Source: a virus
Lineage: Duplodnaviria; Caudoviricetes
Length of the DNA stretch: 55,069 nucleotides
IMG/VR virus record: IMGVR_UViG_3300046167_000515
Span: 1 to 55,069 of that record
Reading direction: 5' to 3' (one strand)
The notes below the pieces were generated by a model. It saw only the letters and a list, made by a program, of their open reading frames with translations, was not told where the DNA came from and did not search any database. Numbering within the stretch: position 1 is the first letter of the stretch; each line of letters opens with the position of its first letter. This document shows, piece by piece, positions 38,634 through 48,216 of the stretch. Made by a program: the position numbers and the translations under genes.

Positions 38634-38790
38634 TTTAAAAATGACTGAGCAAACATTCACTGCCGTAGCTGATTGGGCAGAGCGCATACAAATGATGACG
38701 CAAGAGAACAGACTTATTAATTCACAGGATATCGTACACGATGTGTTCGGTATGCTACGAGACGACGAACACTTTTTACCACGACTATGA
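38626..38790 (+). CDS. Small early protein
   Basis: MINLKMTEQTF...HDVFGM...EHFLPRL*; read manually. Confidence 0.5.
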   Translation: MINLKMTEQTFTAVADWAERIQMMTQENRLINSQDIVHDVFGMLRDDEHFLPRL

Positions 38791-38992
38791 CGAAGAAAGA
38801 ATTGATTGACCTTCATGTCAGGACTACCCCGATGATGCACCCGTAGTAATCGAGGTGCATGACACCACACTCTACGAAGACCTCTATGACTTTACCTTCG
38901 ACGGAGTATCATGGAAACGCTTTGACTTTCAAAGCCAATACAGAACAAGAAATGCATGAACTGCGCTTATGCGCTATAAACCACAGCGATAA

Positions 38993-39238
38993 ATGACAAA
39001 CTTTGAACAACACATCGGGCATGAATTGCCTCAGGCGATACTCGATCACATCGACGCACACTCAACGGAGGAACTCATGCGACAAGCGGAGAAGCTTAAG
39101 TTTGATTCAATCTGCCCCGTGCTTATGGAGAATGACTCACCTGAACTGCGCAAGGAATTAAAAGAAGCAAGCGAACTGCTATTCAAATACATTGATTTTC
39201 AGTTAGTTACAGATGAAATTTGGAATTCTGAAAACTAA
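38993..39238 (+). CDS. Hypothetical early protein
   Basis: 81-aa ORF. Confidence 0.5.
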   Translation: MTNFEQHIGHELPQAILDHIDAHSTEELMRQAEKLKFDSICPVLMENDSPELRKELKEASELLFKYIDFQLVTDEIWNSEN

Positions 39239-39250
39239 GTCTTATCTTTG
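39219..39250 (+). promoter_or_regulatory. Bacteroidota sigma70-type promoter
   Basis: TTTG (39219) N20 TATCTTTG (39243). Confidence 0.8.
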
Positions 39251-39285
39251 TAGCGGCAATGTTGCCAAATCAAAATCTCAATCTA

Positions 39286-39807
39286 ATGAAATTATATGCA
39301 TCCCTACATGGAGTATGTGGACTAGCCGAGGGCTACTCCGATACCACGGTTCAGTTCTTTAAGACACTTGAACAAGCCAAGGAACACAAGGCTAGGCTTC
39401 TTGCCCTCCTGATGAAGGAAGAACACGAAGAGATAATCACCCATACAGACGGCACACAGGACATCATCGTCATGAATGACCTAGAGAGTGAGCATGAGAT
39501 ACTCAAGATAATTGAGGTCAACCCACTATGGGACATAGACAAACCCGACCCTGCTAACAGCAATGTAAGAGAGTGGTTGATGTGGAATCAGATGGACTGC
39601 GAGGTAATGTACGATGGTGAGTTCCTACCCACAGACATGGGGTGTATCAAGGAAGCTACCGATGCCCTGTATGGAACTAATGAGTCGATGCCGCTAGATG
39701 AGTGGGCTGACTTTGTTGGTGGCATCTTTTACCGAGGTGAAGCCATGCTTGATGCAGACGATGTGTGCATCCACTTCTTTCGAATCCCTAAATCAGACAC
39801 ACTATGA
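39286..39807 (+). CDS. Hypothetical acidic early protein
   Basis: Start reassigned to ATG 39286, after the promoter and CAAAATCTC motif. Confidence 0.55.
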   Translation: MKLYASLHGVCGLAEGYSDTTVQFFKTLEQAKEHKARLLALLMKEEHEEIITHTDGTQDIIVMNDLESEHEILKIIEVNPLWDIDKPDPANSNVREWLMWNQMDCEVMYDGEFLPTDMGCIKEATDALYGTNESMPLDEWADFVGGIFYRGEAMLDADDVCIHFFRIPKSDTL

Positions 39808-40110
39808 ACGAGGAAATATCAGAACGAATGTATGCGCTAGAAAGTATGTGCAACATCCTAAACAAGTGCGGGTTTCAAGTCGACGGCTCATCCCAAGACA
39901 CTGAGTACGTGTTATGGGCAGAAAAGCTTATCAATGAAGTAGTAGAACAATATAATACAAACAAACGATGAACGAGGAATACAACTGCGAGTTTTGCGAT
40001 AAGCAAATGACTGAGGAAGAGCACGACTTCTGCGATATATGTGGCGATTGCCGCGAAGAAAATGACGAAGAAATAGAAGACGATATCGTTCTTCTCGTAA
40101 GTAAAGTACT

Positions 40111-40506
40111 ATGAACAAGAAATACCACATGAAAAAAGAAATCATTAACCGCCTCGAATACGTAGAGGAAACATATGCAGGTGAACTAGAGACGTGGCTT
40201 GACCCCGTTACCGATACATACTACCACGTACCTATCGAGATCACTAGACGTTGGGATGAAACAGAAGCACTTGAAAGCGATAAACAAAACACAATGACAC
40301 ACGAACGCAAAGAAGAACACATACGAAACATAGCTTTCTGTATCCGTGATGGAGCATCAGGATATGTAACTGACAACTTCAGGATTGAAGACTTACCTAC
40401 CCCACAGAGGACAGGCACTATGACACAGCAGGACACGTACTCCAAGCACAAGGCACGACAAATCTTCGAGGCTTTCCTCGAACAAAACACCGAAACAAAT
40501 GACTGA
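40111..40506 (+). CDS. Hypothetical early protein
   Basis: 131-aa ORF in a run of coupled small genes. Confidence 0.45.
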   Translation: MNKKYHMKKEIINRLEYVEETYAGELETWLDPVTDTYYHVPIEITRRWDETEALESDKQNTMTHERKEEHIRNIAFCIRDGASGYVTDNFRIEDLPTPQRTGTMTQQDTYSKHKARQIFEAFLEQNTETND

Positions 40507-40741
40507 CATAAACGAAGACGGCATCTACACTGGCACTGAAGTACAGTGGGGTGTGGAGGATATAACACGAATCCTTTTTGAGCGAGGTAAATATGCGTCA
40601 AGCAGGGAAGACCTTGAGCGAATACTGAAGGCATCCTTTCAGGACAACGAGATGGTAATGAATGCAATCCACGAATCTATCGTAATAACAATTGACTACA
40701 TGCTCGACGAGGGCGAACTTAAACTAAACGACAATGAGTAA
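40499..40741 (+). CDS. Hypothetical early protein
   Basis: 80 aa, overlaps both neighbours. Confidence 0.5.
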   Translation: MTDINEDGIYTGTEVQWGVEDITRILFERGKYASSREDLERILKASFQDNEMVMNAIHESIVITIDYMLDEGELKLNDNE

Positions 40742-41013
40742 CTACGCAGTATACCGCGTCTTCCGTGATTGGGAGAAGCGACCAGAAGTCCTAATGGATG
40801 GACTCACACGAGAACAAGCACAGACTATCGTGAAGAACACACCGAGTGATGACAGAAGCATGGTGGTGTTCGATGAAGAACCAAAAGATAAACAATGGGG
40901 CAGACGCTAGTGTGTGTCCGATCAAGTGTACACGTCAACCCAACACAGGACTTCAATGAGTGGGCGGAGTACACATTCAATCAAGTTAAACAAAATTATA
41001 AATCAAAAATCTC

Positions 41014-41449
41014 ATGTACAAAGTTAGATTCCACCTCGGACGAGGCGAACATTTCATGCACTGGCAAATCAAATCCAAGCTAAATACAGGCGATGGCACT
41101 GGTGCTAAAGAAGTGGTAAGCTACGTAGACCCACAAGACAATCAGCTAGCTATGCTAGGCTGTAAGCTAAGCGTACAACCAACAGCGGCTAAGAAGATTC
41201 ACGACGGTGCTAACAAGACTGTGTGTGCATGGATAGAGTGCGAGGCTGTCCAAGGTACTGGAGGTCAATCGGCTCAAGCCAAATGAACAAGACTACCGCA
41301 TCAAGTTCAACCCGCGTCAAAGTCCTAACTGGACTGACGGATACAACAACATCGTTAGCGGTAACGAATACGAAATACTATTTACAAATGACAGGACTCT
41401 ATGGGTGGTTGGTGACGCTTATGAGTGTGGAACTTCCGACTTGGTTTAA
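41014..41449 (+). CDS. Conserved phage protein with a frameshift near 41254
   Basis: YKVRFHLGRGEHFMHWQIK...KIHDGANKTVCAWIEC continues as VLEVNRL...FNPRQSPNW if one G is removed. Confidence 0.55.
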
Positions 41450-41691
41450 CAACAAGTTTGGATGGTTCTTTAAAAACGGAAACAAATGAGCGAGCCAAGG
41501 ATATCAATATATACGAATCAGTCAGCTGAACACACGAAGAACGATGGGCGTAAGCTGTTCATGAAATTCATGGAGGTGATGAGATCACCCGAAGCTGACT
41601 ACTACGACGGAACACTAGACATTAAACTTAAAAAACTATACGAAGATGGGATGGAATACGGATTCTGAAATTACACAGCAGCTCTGGAGCT

Positions 41692-42104
41692 ATGAGCGAG
41701 ACGGCAAGACATACTACACCCCGTCTGGTGCATACGCTGAGAAGACAGGGCTTCAACATTCAACAAGGTACTATGACATCACTTATGACTAACGAACAAG
41801 CAATCCAAATCGTATTGGAAAACAAAGACCCATCTAACGCAGAACGTCTAGCAGGCCTATGTATGCTTGCGACGATATACTTGAGTCAGACATTGACGTA
41901 TGGCTAAGCAAAGATGTATCAGAGTATCTACCTCAGTTCCCTGATATCGCAGAGAGCTTAGGTCGAAGACCTACTCAAGGAAGGACAGCATATCCTGTGG
42001 AGCGTGTAGCTAACAGCCTTACCGAAGTGTCAAGGTCTATGTATCACTACGTCAGGTTTTACGAAACACTCAGCAGCTACGACATAGCATTGTCAGAACG
42101 CTGA
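41692..42104 (+). CDS. Hypothetical protein, probably one gene split near 41858
   Basis: Overlapping ORFs 41692-41907 and 41859-42104 are in different frames. Confidence 0.35.
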
Positions 42105-42208
42105 CAAGGGGAGAGACGGATGGTGCGCAGGGAGATCCTGTGACGCGCCGTGTGCTGGAGACAGTACAACATTGAGAGCGTTGAGAAACAAAGTCTCTCC
42201 TTTCCTTG
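42105..42208 (+). ncRNA. Candidate multi-branch structured RNA
   Basis: Closing stem CAAGG-GGAGAGAC/GTCTCTCC-CCTTG with three internal hairpins, each looped by GAGA. Confidence 0.45.
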
Positions 42209-42250
42209 CATTAATAACATTTAAACTTTAAATTTGAACCAGCAAACCCA

Positions 42251-42619
42251 ATGAATGATGACATCAAAAGGCTACAAGAGGAGTACTATGCTACCCTCGA
42301 CCTCACCCCCAATACATCTAGGAAGGCACCACAAGTTCAGGCACGAGCCGCACTGATGGTTGCTATGGCTCAGCACATGACCAAGACGGAAGTGGGCAAG
42401 AGTTTTGACAGAGACCACAGCACAGTAGTACACCACTCTGGTCAGCACGAAGCCAACTTGTTCTCATGGGATGGGTATGAAGACAAGTACCTGTTAGCTG
42501 TAAGGCTGTGTAACATGCACCTCCGATACAACAGTATTGAAGACAAGCTAAAAACTATTCGAATCCAAATCAAAAGGCTAGAGGGTCTAGCTGAAAATCT
42601 AAAACAAGAACTCGTATGA
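42251..42619 (+). CDS. DnaA domain IV-like helix-turn-helix DNA-binding protein
   Basis: EVGKSFDRDHSTVVH resembles the DnaA C-terminal signature (IG..F.RDH(S/T)TV.H). Confidence 0.65.
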   Translation: MNDDIKRLQEEYYATLDLTPNTSRKAPQVQARAALMVAMAQHMTKTEVGKSFDRDHSTVVHHSGQHEANLFSWDGYEDKYLLAVRLCNMHLRYNSIEDKLKTIRIQIKRLEGLAENLKQELV

Positions 42620-43191
42620 GTAATTACAAATTCAAGACCACGAACATTCGTGGCAAGCAGTACGTTGAAGTCAACGAACGAATCAAGTTCTTCCGACAGG
42701 AGGAGCAGTACAAGAACTGGAGCCTTATCACAGAGTTTACTGTGCTAGACGAAGCTCAATGTGTATGCAAGGCGTCGATCGTAGATGCTGACAATCGCAT
42801 CATATCAGTAGGTCATGCACATGAAGTGCAAGGCAGTAGCAACATCAACAAGACTAGCTACGTAGAGAACTGCGAGACATCAGCTATCGGTCGTGCATTG
42901 GCTATGCTCGGTATTGGTATTGACACATCAATCGCTTCGGCTAACGAGGTTTCTGATGCTATCGCTAAGCAAGACACAGCTGCGCCTGCCGCACCTACCA
43001 AGGCTGATAAGATGATCAAGAAAGTGCAGGAGAAGTTTGATACTGACCCGCCTGAAAACATCATGGACAAGGCTGTTGCTTACATCAAGTCGCAGACCGA
43101 CAAGAAGAAAGCATATGAGTCTATCGTAGGTAAGTACGGAGGTAGCCTTACCGATAAGCAAATGTCTGGCTTACAGAAGTTTGTACGATGA
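42616..43191 (+). CDS. Single-strand annealing protein (Rad52/Erf-like recombinase)
   Basis: IRGKQYVEVNERI...ENCETSAIGRALAMLGIG..SIASANEV; upstream of the exonuclease and SSB. Confidence 0.6.
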   Translation: MSNYKFKTTNIRGKQYVEVNERIKFFRQEEQYKNWSLITEFTVLDEAQCVCKASIVDADNRIISVGHAHEVQGSSNINKTSYVENCETSAIGRALAMLGIGIDTSIASANEVSDAIAKQDTAAPAAPTKADKMIKKVQEKFDTDPPENIMDKAVAYIKSQTDKKKAYESIVGKYGGSLTDKQMSGLQKFVR

Positions 43192-43496
43192 ACAAGTATC
43201 CAGTACAGAACCGCAAGCTAACTAACATAGCTACGTTCCATAGGTTTCGAACACAGTGTCTGAACTCTAACATGCCCAAGCGTTGGGTAGACAATGACAC
43301 CGAATTGCCTATGTGTACTGGGCTTTACTTCATCAAGCATAAGGACTTTCTCGGTGACGTGGACATTGCAGAGTATCACATTAACAGCAAGGGTAAAACC
43401 TTCTGGTGTACTGCTGGCAAGCCTACTCACTGGGCTGAGATAGAAACCTATGAGTACATGCTTGAAGACGGCACACCATTATACGAAGACCAATGA
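43188..43496 (+). CDS. Hypothetical protein (DUF551-like C-terminus)
   Basis: WV...ELP...PTHWAEI. Confidence 0.45.
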   Translation: MNKYPVQNRKLTNIATFHRFRTQCLNSNMPKRWVDNDTELPMCTGLYFIKHKDFLGDVDIAEYHINSKGKTFWCTAGKPTHWAEIETYEYMLEDGTPLYEDQ

Positions 43497-44275
43497 ATAT
43501 ATCAGATAAATTAATGGAGCGGTACGGCAAGTCTCACTTGTCGTACTCGTCTCTCAAGCAAGCCCTAGGCGACATGGCTCAGTTCGATCGCTACATGAAG
43601 GGGGAAGTCAAATACAAATCAGATGCGCTAGACTTCGGTACTATGTACGATATGCTGTTGTTCGAACGGGACAAAGCATTCGAGAAGTACACGGTGATGT
43701 CTCCGTCTGCTATCGTAACCACTCTGTCGGACAAGGCTCAAGCCTCCAAGAAACCTACACTTACTGCCGAGTATAAGGCTAAGCTGTCGGAAATCAAGGA
43801 GGAGGCGGCTGAGGAAGGCAAGACAATTGTGTCGGGTGATGAGTGGAAGATGGCTAACGACATGATCGACAGGCTAGCCACATGCGGTTTGCTTGACTCT
43901 CACCTCAAGGGTGACTATCAGGTAGGATTCCTTGAAGAGCTGCATGGCGTACAAGTCAAAGGGTTTCTAGATTGCTTAGGCGATGGATTCATTAGCGACA
44001 GTAAGTCAGCACGTAGCTCAGAGAAGTTTCGGTATGCTATCAAAGACTTCTCATATGACATCCAAGCTTACATCTACACAGAGGTGTTTAGCATAAAAGA
44101 TTTCTATTGGGTTGTACAAGAGAAGACTTATCCGTACCTTCCTGCCCTCGTTAAATGTTCTGACTCCACCCTGTTTACAGGAGAGATGAAGTTTCATGAC
44201 GCACTCAAGCGTATCACAAACTTCTTGGAGCAGGACTATAACCCTCAAACAGATTACCTAAACTATGAAGTATAA
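43493..44275 (+). CDS. PD-(D/E)XK exonuclease (RecE/DUF3799-like)
   Basis: HLSYSSLK...FGT...KGFLD...DSKS...YDIQAYIY. Confidence 0.7.
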   Translation: MNISDKLMERYGKSHLSYSSLKQALGDMAQFDRYMKGEVKYKSDALDFGTMYDMLLFERDKAFEKYTVMSPSAIVTTLSDKAQASKKPTLTAEYKAKLSEIKEEAAEEGKTIVSGDEWKMANDMIDRLATCGLLDSHLKGDYQVGFLEELHGVQVKGFLDCLGDGFISDSKSARSSEKFRYAIKDFSYDIQAYIYTEVFSIKDFYWVVQEKTYPYLPALVKCSDSTLFTGEMKFHDALKRITNFLEQDYNPQTDYLNYEV

Positions 44276-44345
44276 AAAAGCAATCAAGGTAGTAGTAAAA
44301 CTAGCGTTAATACATTTTTTCATAACCAATATAATTCATTAAAAG

Positions 44346-44648
44346 ATGAGTGAACAAACAAAGAAGTACGAGAGCGTACTAGTAGGTTGGGCCGATGAGC
44401 CTAGCTACAATGACAATGGCGAGTTAATGGGATGGTCTTTCCGTCTCAAGGATAACGAGCTTAAGGATGCCATCGACCAGTACACCACCAAGCGTGATGC
44501 ACAAGGTCAGGGCGGCAACGTTAGATTTCGACTATTTATGTCGAAGAATGGCAAGCCATGCCTAAGTGTGTGGGATCCTAATAGCGAGGCTGCTCAAGAG
44601 CGGCGGACATCAACTAAAGCAGAGGGGTCGTCTGACCTTCCGTTTTAA
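44346..44648 (+). CDS. Putative single-stranded DNA-binding protein
   Basis: 100 aa ending in an SSB-type SDLPF tail; lies in the recombination module. Confidence 0.6.
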   Translation: MSEQTKKYESVLVGWADEPSYNDNGELMGWSFRLKDNELKDAIDQYTTKRDAQGQGGNVRFRLFMSKNGKPCLSVWDPNSEAAQERRTSTKAEGSSDLPF

Positions 44649-44671
44649 TTAATACAGCTTGGTTAAGCGAG

Positions 44672-44712
44672 GGGGTGTGGGTTTCGGCTCCACCCCTTTT
44701 CTTTCCCCTTTT
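44672..44712 (+). terminator. Intrinsic terminator
   Basis: GGGGTG...TTCG...CACCCC followed by TTTTCTTT. Confidence 0.6.
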
Positions 44713-44716
44713 GATT

Positions 44717-44965
44717 ATGGGACGACCTATATACTCCATGACCGCCAAGGTCATCACGATAAAGAACAAGCGACCACAAACCAGAAGCGTGTGGATCGTA
44801 AGCCAGTATGACAACCCAGCGGACATTATGAAGAAGGATGGAAAAACAATGTCAAGACTTGAGCGTGAGCTGTTTACCGCTAAAGCTAAGAATAAGACCA
44901 TTGTGATTGATTCCATAACTTCGATAAAACAAGTTGGAACAACATCAATACCACATGAAACATAG
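44717..44965 (+). CDS. Hypothetical protein
   Basis: Likely start MGRPIYSM, after the terminator. Confidence 0.5.
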   Translation: MGRPIYSMTAKVITIKNKRPQTRSVWIVSQYDNPADIMKKDGKTMSRLERELFTAKAKNKTIVIDSITSIKQVGTTSIPHET

Positions 44966-45275
44966 CGACAAACAAGTAGGCGGTAAGCACTACAAGGAAA
45001 TGAAGATTCAGCCCACTGACTTCATAGCTGCAAATGACATACCCTTCATAGAGGGTAATGTAATTAAGTACGTATGCCGACACGAATTCAAGAACGGCAA
45101 GGAGGATGTCCTGAAGGCTATCCACTATTTAAATCTACTACTCGAATACAAATACTCGGATGAACGTAACGATATACAAAGACCTGTACAAGAAGTCAAA
45201 GGCGGATGCCCATGTGATTCCGATTGTGACTGCCCTCAAAAGAATACAGGAGGGGACTTCTGCGCCAACGATTGA
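44955..45275 (+). CDS. DUF3310-family protein
   Basis: QVGGKHY...IQP.DFI...EGNVIKYVCR...KNG.EDV.KAIHYL; the long 3' overlap with the primase gene may not be real. Confidence 0.75.
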   Translation: MKHSDKQVGGKHYKEMKIQPTDFIAANDIPFIEGNVIKYVCRHEFKNGKEDVLKAIHYLNLLLEYKYSDERNDIQRPVQEVKGGCPCDSDCDCPQKNTGGDFCAND

Positions 45276-46977
45276 AGCTGTTCGTGGTGGAGAAAAAGAT
45301 TTCAAAAAGAGCCTACCCGTTGTACTATTCAGCGGTGAGTTTGGCGACAGGAAAGACCAAGCGATTGAGAAGCATAGCGGATACATTGTTCTGGACTTCG
45401 ATCATATTGATGTTAAGGCATCCAAGGCGCTTCTCAGTACGGACCCGTATGTATACAGCTGTTGGGTATCTCCGTCGGGTGACGGCCTCAAGGCGTTAGT
45501 CAGGATAACACATCCTGAGAGGCACCGCGATCACTTCCGTGCATTACGCACATACTTCGGAAAGCAGTACGACCTTGAGGTGGACGAGTCAGGCATCAAT
45601 GAGTCTCGCGCATGCTTCGAGTCACACGACCCAGACATCATCATCAAGGATGAATCATCTACCTTCGGGGCATTCGCTACGGAGAAGAGTGAGTCGCAGG
45701 TAGCTGTCTCACAATCAGGAGTTTACACAGATTACTTAAAGTTAAATCTAGCCGCACGTATGATACGTCAGTGCGATGACGGGGAGAAACATGCTACCCT
45801 TCTTCGTGCTGCTAGGTTGTGTGGTGGGTATGTAGCCGCTGGACGTATGGAAGAGGACGAGGTAGTCCGTGTACTTACTCGTGAGATACTCAAGCGTGAT
45901 GTAGATGATGAGAAGCATACCATCAATACCATACGAGACGCCATCGAAAAGGGTAAGCAAGACCCTATCCGAGCTACCATCGACGACGAGAAGAAGGCTC
46001 AGCGTGAGATGCTCGTTAATGACGGGGACATGTCTTTCATATCCTCGGACGACGAGGACTTCAGGTGGATTGATGATTACGCTAATGGACGCATACCTGT
46101 AGGTTTGGACACGGGCGACAAGGATCTCGATCAGTACTTCAGGTACAAGCGAGAGTTCACTATCATCAATGGGCATAGTAATGTCGGTAAGACTACGATG
46201 GCTCTGTACCTCATGGTTAACGCTACCGTGCGGCATGGGTGGAAGTGGGTGGTTTACTCGTCAGAGAACCGTACAGCATCACTTAAGATGACCCTCATAC
46301 AATTTGCCTTAAACAAGCCAATCAGTTCTATGAACTATATGGAGCGTAAGAAGGCATACGAGTGGGTAGGGAAGTACTTTACAGTGATTAGCAACAAGCA
46401 AGTGTACAGCTACTCAGACATCATTGTGTTCCTTGAGAAGGTAATGAAGCAGCAGGAGGTTGACGCTGTGTTTGTAGACCCATACAACAGCCTCAAGCTT
46501 GACATGGGTAAGTCGGGTATCGGTGTACACGAGTATCACTACGAGGCAGCCTCTGAGTTCCTTACATTCTCTACAGCAAACAACATCGCAGTGTGGTTGA
46601 ACATGCATGCTGTTACTGCTTCACAGCGGATCAAGGGTGAGGACGGATTGCCCGTAGCTCCATACGCTGAGGACACTGAGGGTGGAGGTAAGTTCGTGAA
46701 TAGAGCTGACTCGTTCTTGACCATACACAGAAAGGTGCAACACCCAACACCATCTGAGCGCAAGATTACAGAGTTTCATGTACGTAAGGTGCGTGACGTA
46801 GAGACGGGAGGCGAGCCTACCCCACTTGAAGAGCCGTTCAGATTTGAAATGAACACATCTAGAACTGGTTTCCGTGCGTTTAAGACTCAGAGAATGATGT
46901 TTGAGTCTGTTGATTTAGAGGGGGGAAAGCAAGAACCATTTGTTTTTCCCATGAATACTTCGTTTTTAGACACTTAG
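45160..46977 (+). CDS. Primase-helicase (VirE_N/BT4734-like N-terminus plus DnaB-like helicase)
   Basis: KKSLP...SGEF...LDFDH...SPSGDGLK; Walker A GHSNVGKT; VFVDPYN; KVR. Confidence 0.8.
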   Translation: MNVTIYKDLYKKSKADAHVIPIVTALKRIQEGTSAPTIEAVRGGEKDFKKSLPVVLFSGEFGDRKDQAIEKHSGYIVLDFDHIDVKASKALLSTDPYVYSCWVSPSGDGLKALVRITHPERHRDHFRALRTYFGKQYDLEVDESGINESRACFESHDPDIIIKDESSTFGAFATEKSESQVAVSQSGVYTDYLKLNLAARMIRQCDDGEKHATLLRAARLCGGYVAAGRMEEDEVVRVLTREILKRDVDDEKHTINTIRDAIEKGKQDPIRATIDDEKKAQREMLVNDGDMSFISSDDEDFRWIDDYANGRIPVGLDTGDKDLDQYFRYKREFTIINGHSNVGKTTMALYLMVNATVRHGWKWVVYSSENRTASLKMTLIQFALNKPISSMNYMERKKAYEWVGKYFTVISNKQVYSYSDIIVFLEKVMKQQEVDAVFVDPYNSLKLDMGKSGIGVHEYHYEAASEFLTFSTANNIAVWLNMHAVTASQRIKGEDGLPVAPYAEDTEGGGKFVNRADSFLTIHRKVQHPTPSERKITEFHVRKVRDVETGGEPTPLEEPFRFEMNTSRTGFRAFKTQRMMFESVDLEGGKQEPFVFPMNTSFLDT

Positions 46978-46994
46978 GCTGTATCTTAGCCTGA

Positions 46995-47483
46995 GTGAAA
47001 CGACAGAAAAGCGGAACTCCTAAGCGTAAATCAGCGAAAAAACGCAACCTAGGTAAGTATAAAAGCGGATTAGAGAAGACTTGTGCAGACTTATTGTCTG
47101 AGCATAAGATCGGCTTCACCTATGAAACTCACGAGTACATGCTCGTAGAGAAGTTTAGGTATCCAGGAACTTACTTGAAGATGACTACCAAGCGGAAAGA
47201 CTTATCGGATCGTAGCGGTGCGATAGTCCTTCCCATTAAATACACTCCAGACTTCGTAGGACCAAACGGAGAATGGATTATTGAAACCAAAGGGTACACT
47301 CCTTCGCATCATGACTTTCCGATGCGTTGGAAGCTGTTCCTTAAGCACTTGATAGACTCAGGAGAACCAGTCCCCGCTTTGTTCATCTGTAAAAACAAAC
47401 ATCAGATTGAGCAGGCTATAGTGAAACTTAAAGAACTAGGATATGGCAAAAAACGAGTTAACAAAGGAACAGCTAGGAGCTAG
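46995..47483 (+). CDS. T7 endonuclease I-like Holliday junction resolvase
   Basis: YKSGLE...YE...YTPDF...IIETKG. Confidence 0.75.
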   Translation: MKRQKSGTPKRKSAKKRNLGKYKSGLEKTCADLLSEHKIGFTYETHEYMLVEKFRYPGTYLKMTTKRKDLSDRSGAIVLPIKYTPDFVGPNGEWIIETKGYTPSHHDFPMRWKLFLKHLIDSGEPVPALFICKNKHQIEQAIVKLKELGYGKKRVNKGTARS

Positions 47484-47727
47484 CTACAGGATAGCCACCG
47501 TAAGGCTTCATGAACTCATTGATGAGTTTTTTGAAGAGCTATTCGATGAGAACGGAGATCCCCGTGAGGATTCTGGGAACGTAGCCAACATGGTTGCGGG
47601 TATTCGCGTAATGATGAATCAGGAGCTTGACCTTGTTAAGGAGGCTTCGTTTGAACACTCTGAATCAAACCACGATGCAAAGTCAAAGCAGGAAACGATA
47701 TTCGTTCTCAACAGGAAGGGTAGCTGA
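47443..47727 (+). CDS. Hypothetical protein
   Basis: 94-aa acidic ORF. Confidence 0.45.
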   Translation: MAKNELTKEQLGASYRIATVRLHELIDEFFEELFDENGDPREDSGNVANMVAGIRVMMNQELDLVKEASFEHSESNHDAKSKQETIFVLNRKGS

Positions 47728-48175
47728 AGTACGCTTCGAGCGTGCGGCAAGAGACCTAGGACTTCAAGTCGTAAAGTCAGGTAGAAAAGACGATGTGCAT
47801 ATGCATGTTGACTTCTGGATGCAACACGAAGAGGTAGAAGGAAGGTGGGGAGTAGATGTAAAAGGCAATAACCTACCAGATGAGATTTGGTGTGAGTTTA
47901 AAAACGTAGCTGGAAACCCAGGATGGATGTATGGGGGTGCTAAAATTATAGCATTCGACATGCCAGAAGAGGGTGGATTCAGTATCGTTGATCGCGAAGA
48001 CCTAGTGTCTTACTGCGAGGAGAATGTGGAAGATGTATTTGTGTCGCATAAGCGAGATTCATACAAGAAAAAGTACACTCGAAAAGATCGAGAGGACGTC
48101 ATAACAACTCTTAACTTGTTGGACCTCAAGTCTTTAGAAACGTACAGGGTGTGGAAGTATTTTAAGGACTATTGA
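47675..48175 (+). CDS. PD-(D/E)XK nuclease-like protein
   Basis: G..AE..F...HVDF...VDVK...WCEFKNV.GNPGW.YG.A; likely start MQSQSRK. Confidence 0.6.
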   Translation: MQSQSRKRYSFSTGRVAEVRFERAARDLGLQVVKSGRKDDVHMHVDFWMQHEEVEGRWGVDVKGNNLPDEIWCEFKNVAGNPGWMYGGAKIIAFDMPEEGGFSIVDREDLVSYCEENVEDVFVSHKRDSYKKKYTRKDREDVITTLNLLDLKSLETYRVWKYFKDY

Positions 48176-48216
48176 CTATCTTAGTAGTCCGTTTTTAATT
48201 TTTAAATTTTTTTAAT

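Noticed and set aside
35681-39280. CRISPR-like or mobile-element repeats
   Set aside because: The repeats are dispersed promoter and leader motifs kilobases apart, not regularly spaced repeats with spacers; no cas, transposase or integrase gene was seen.
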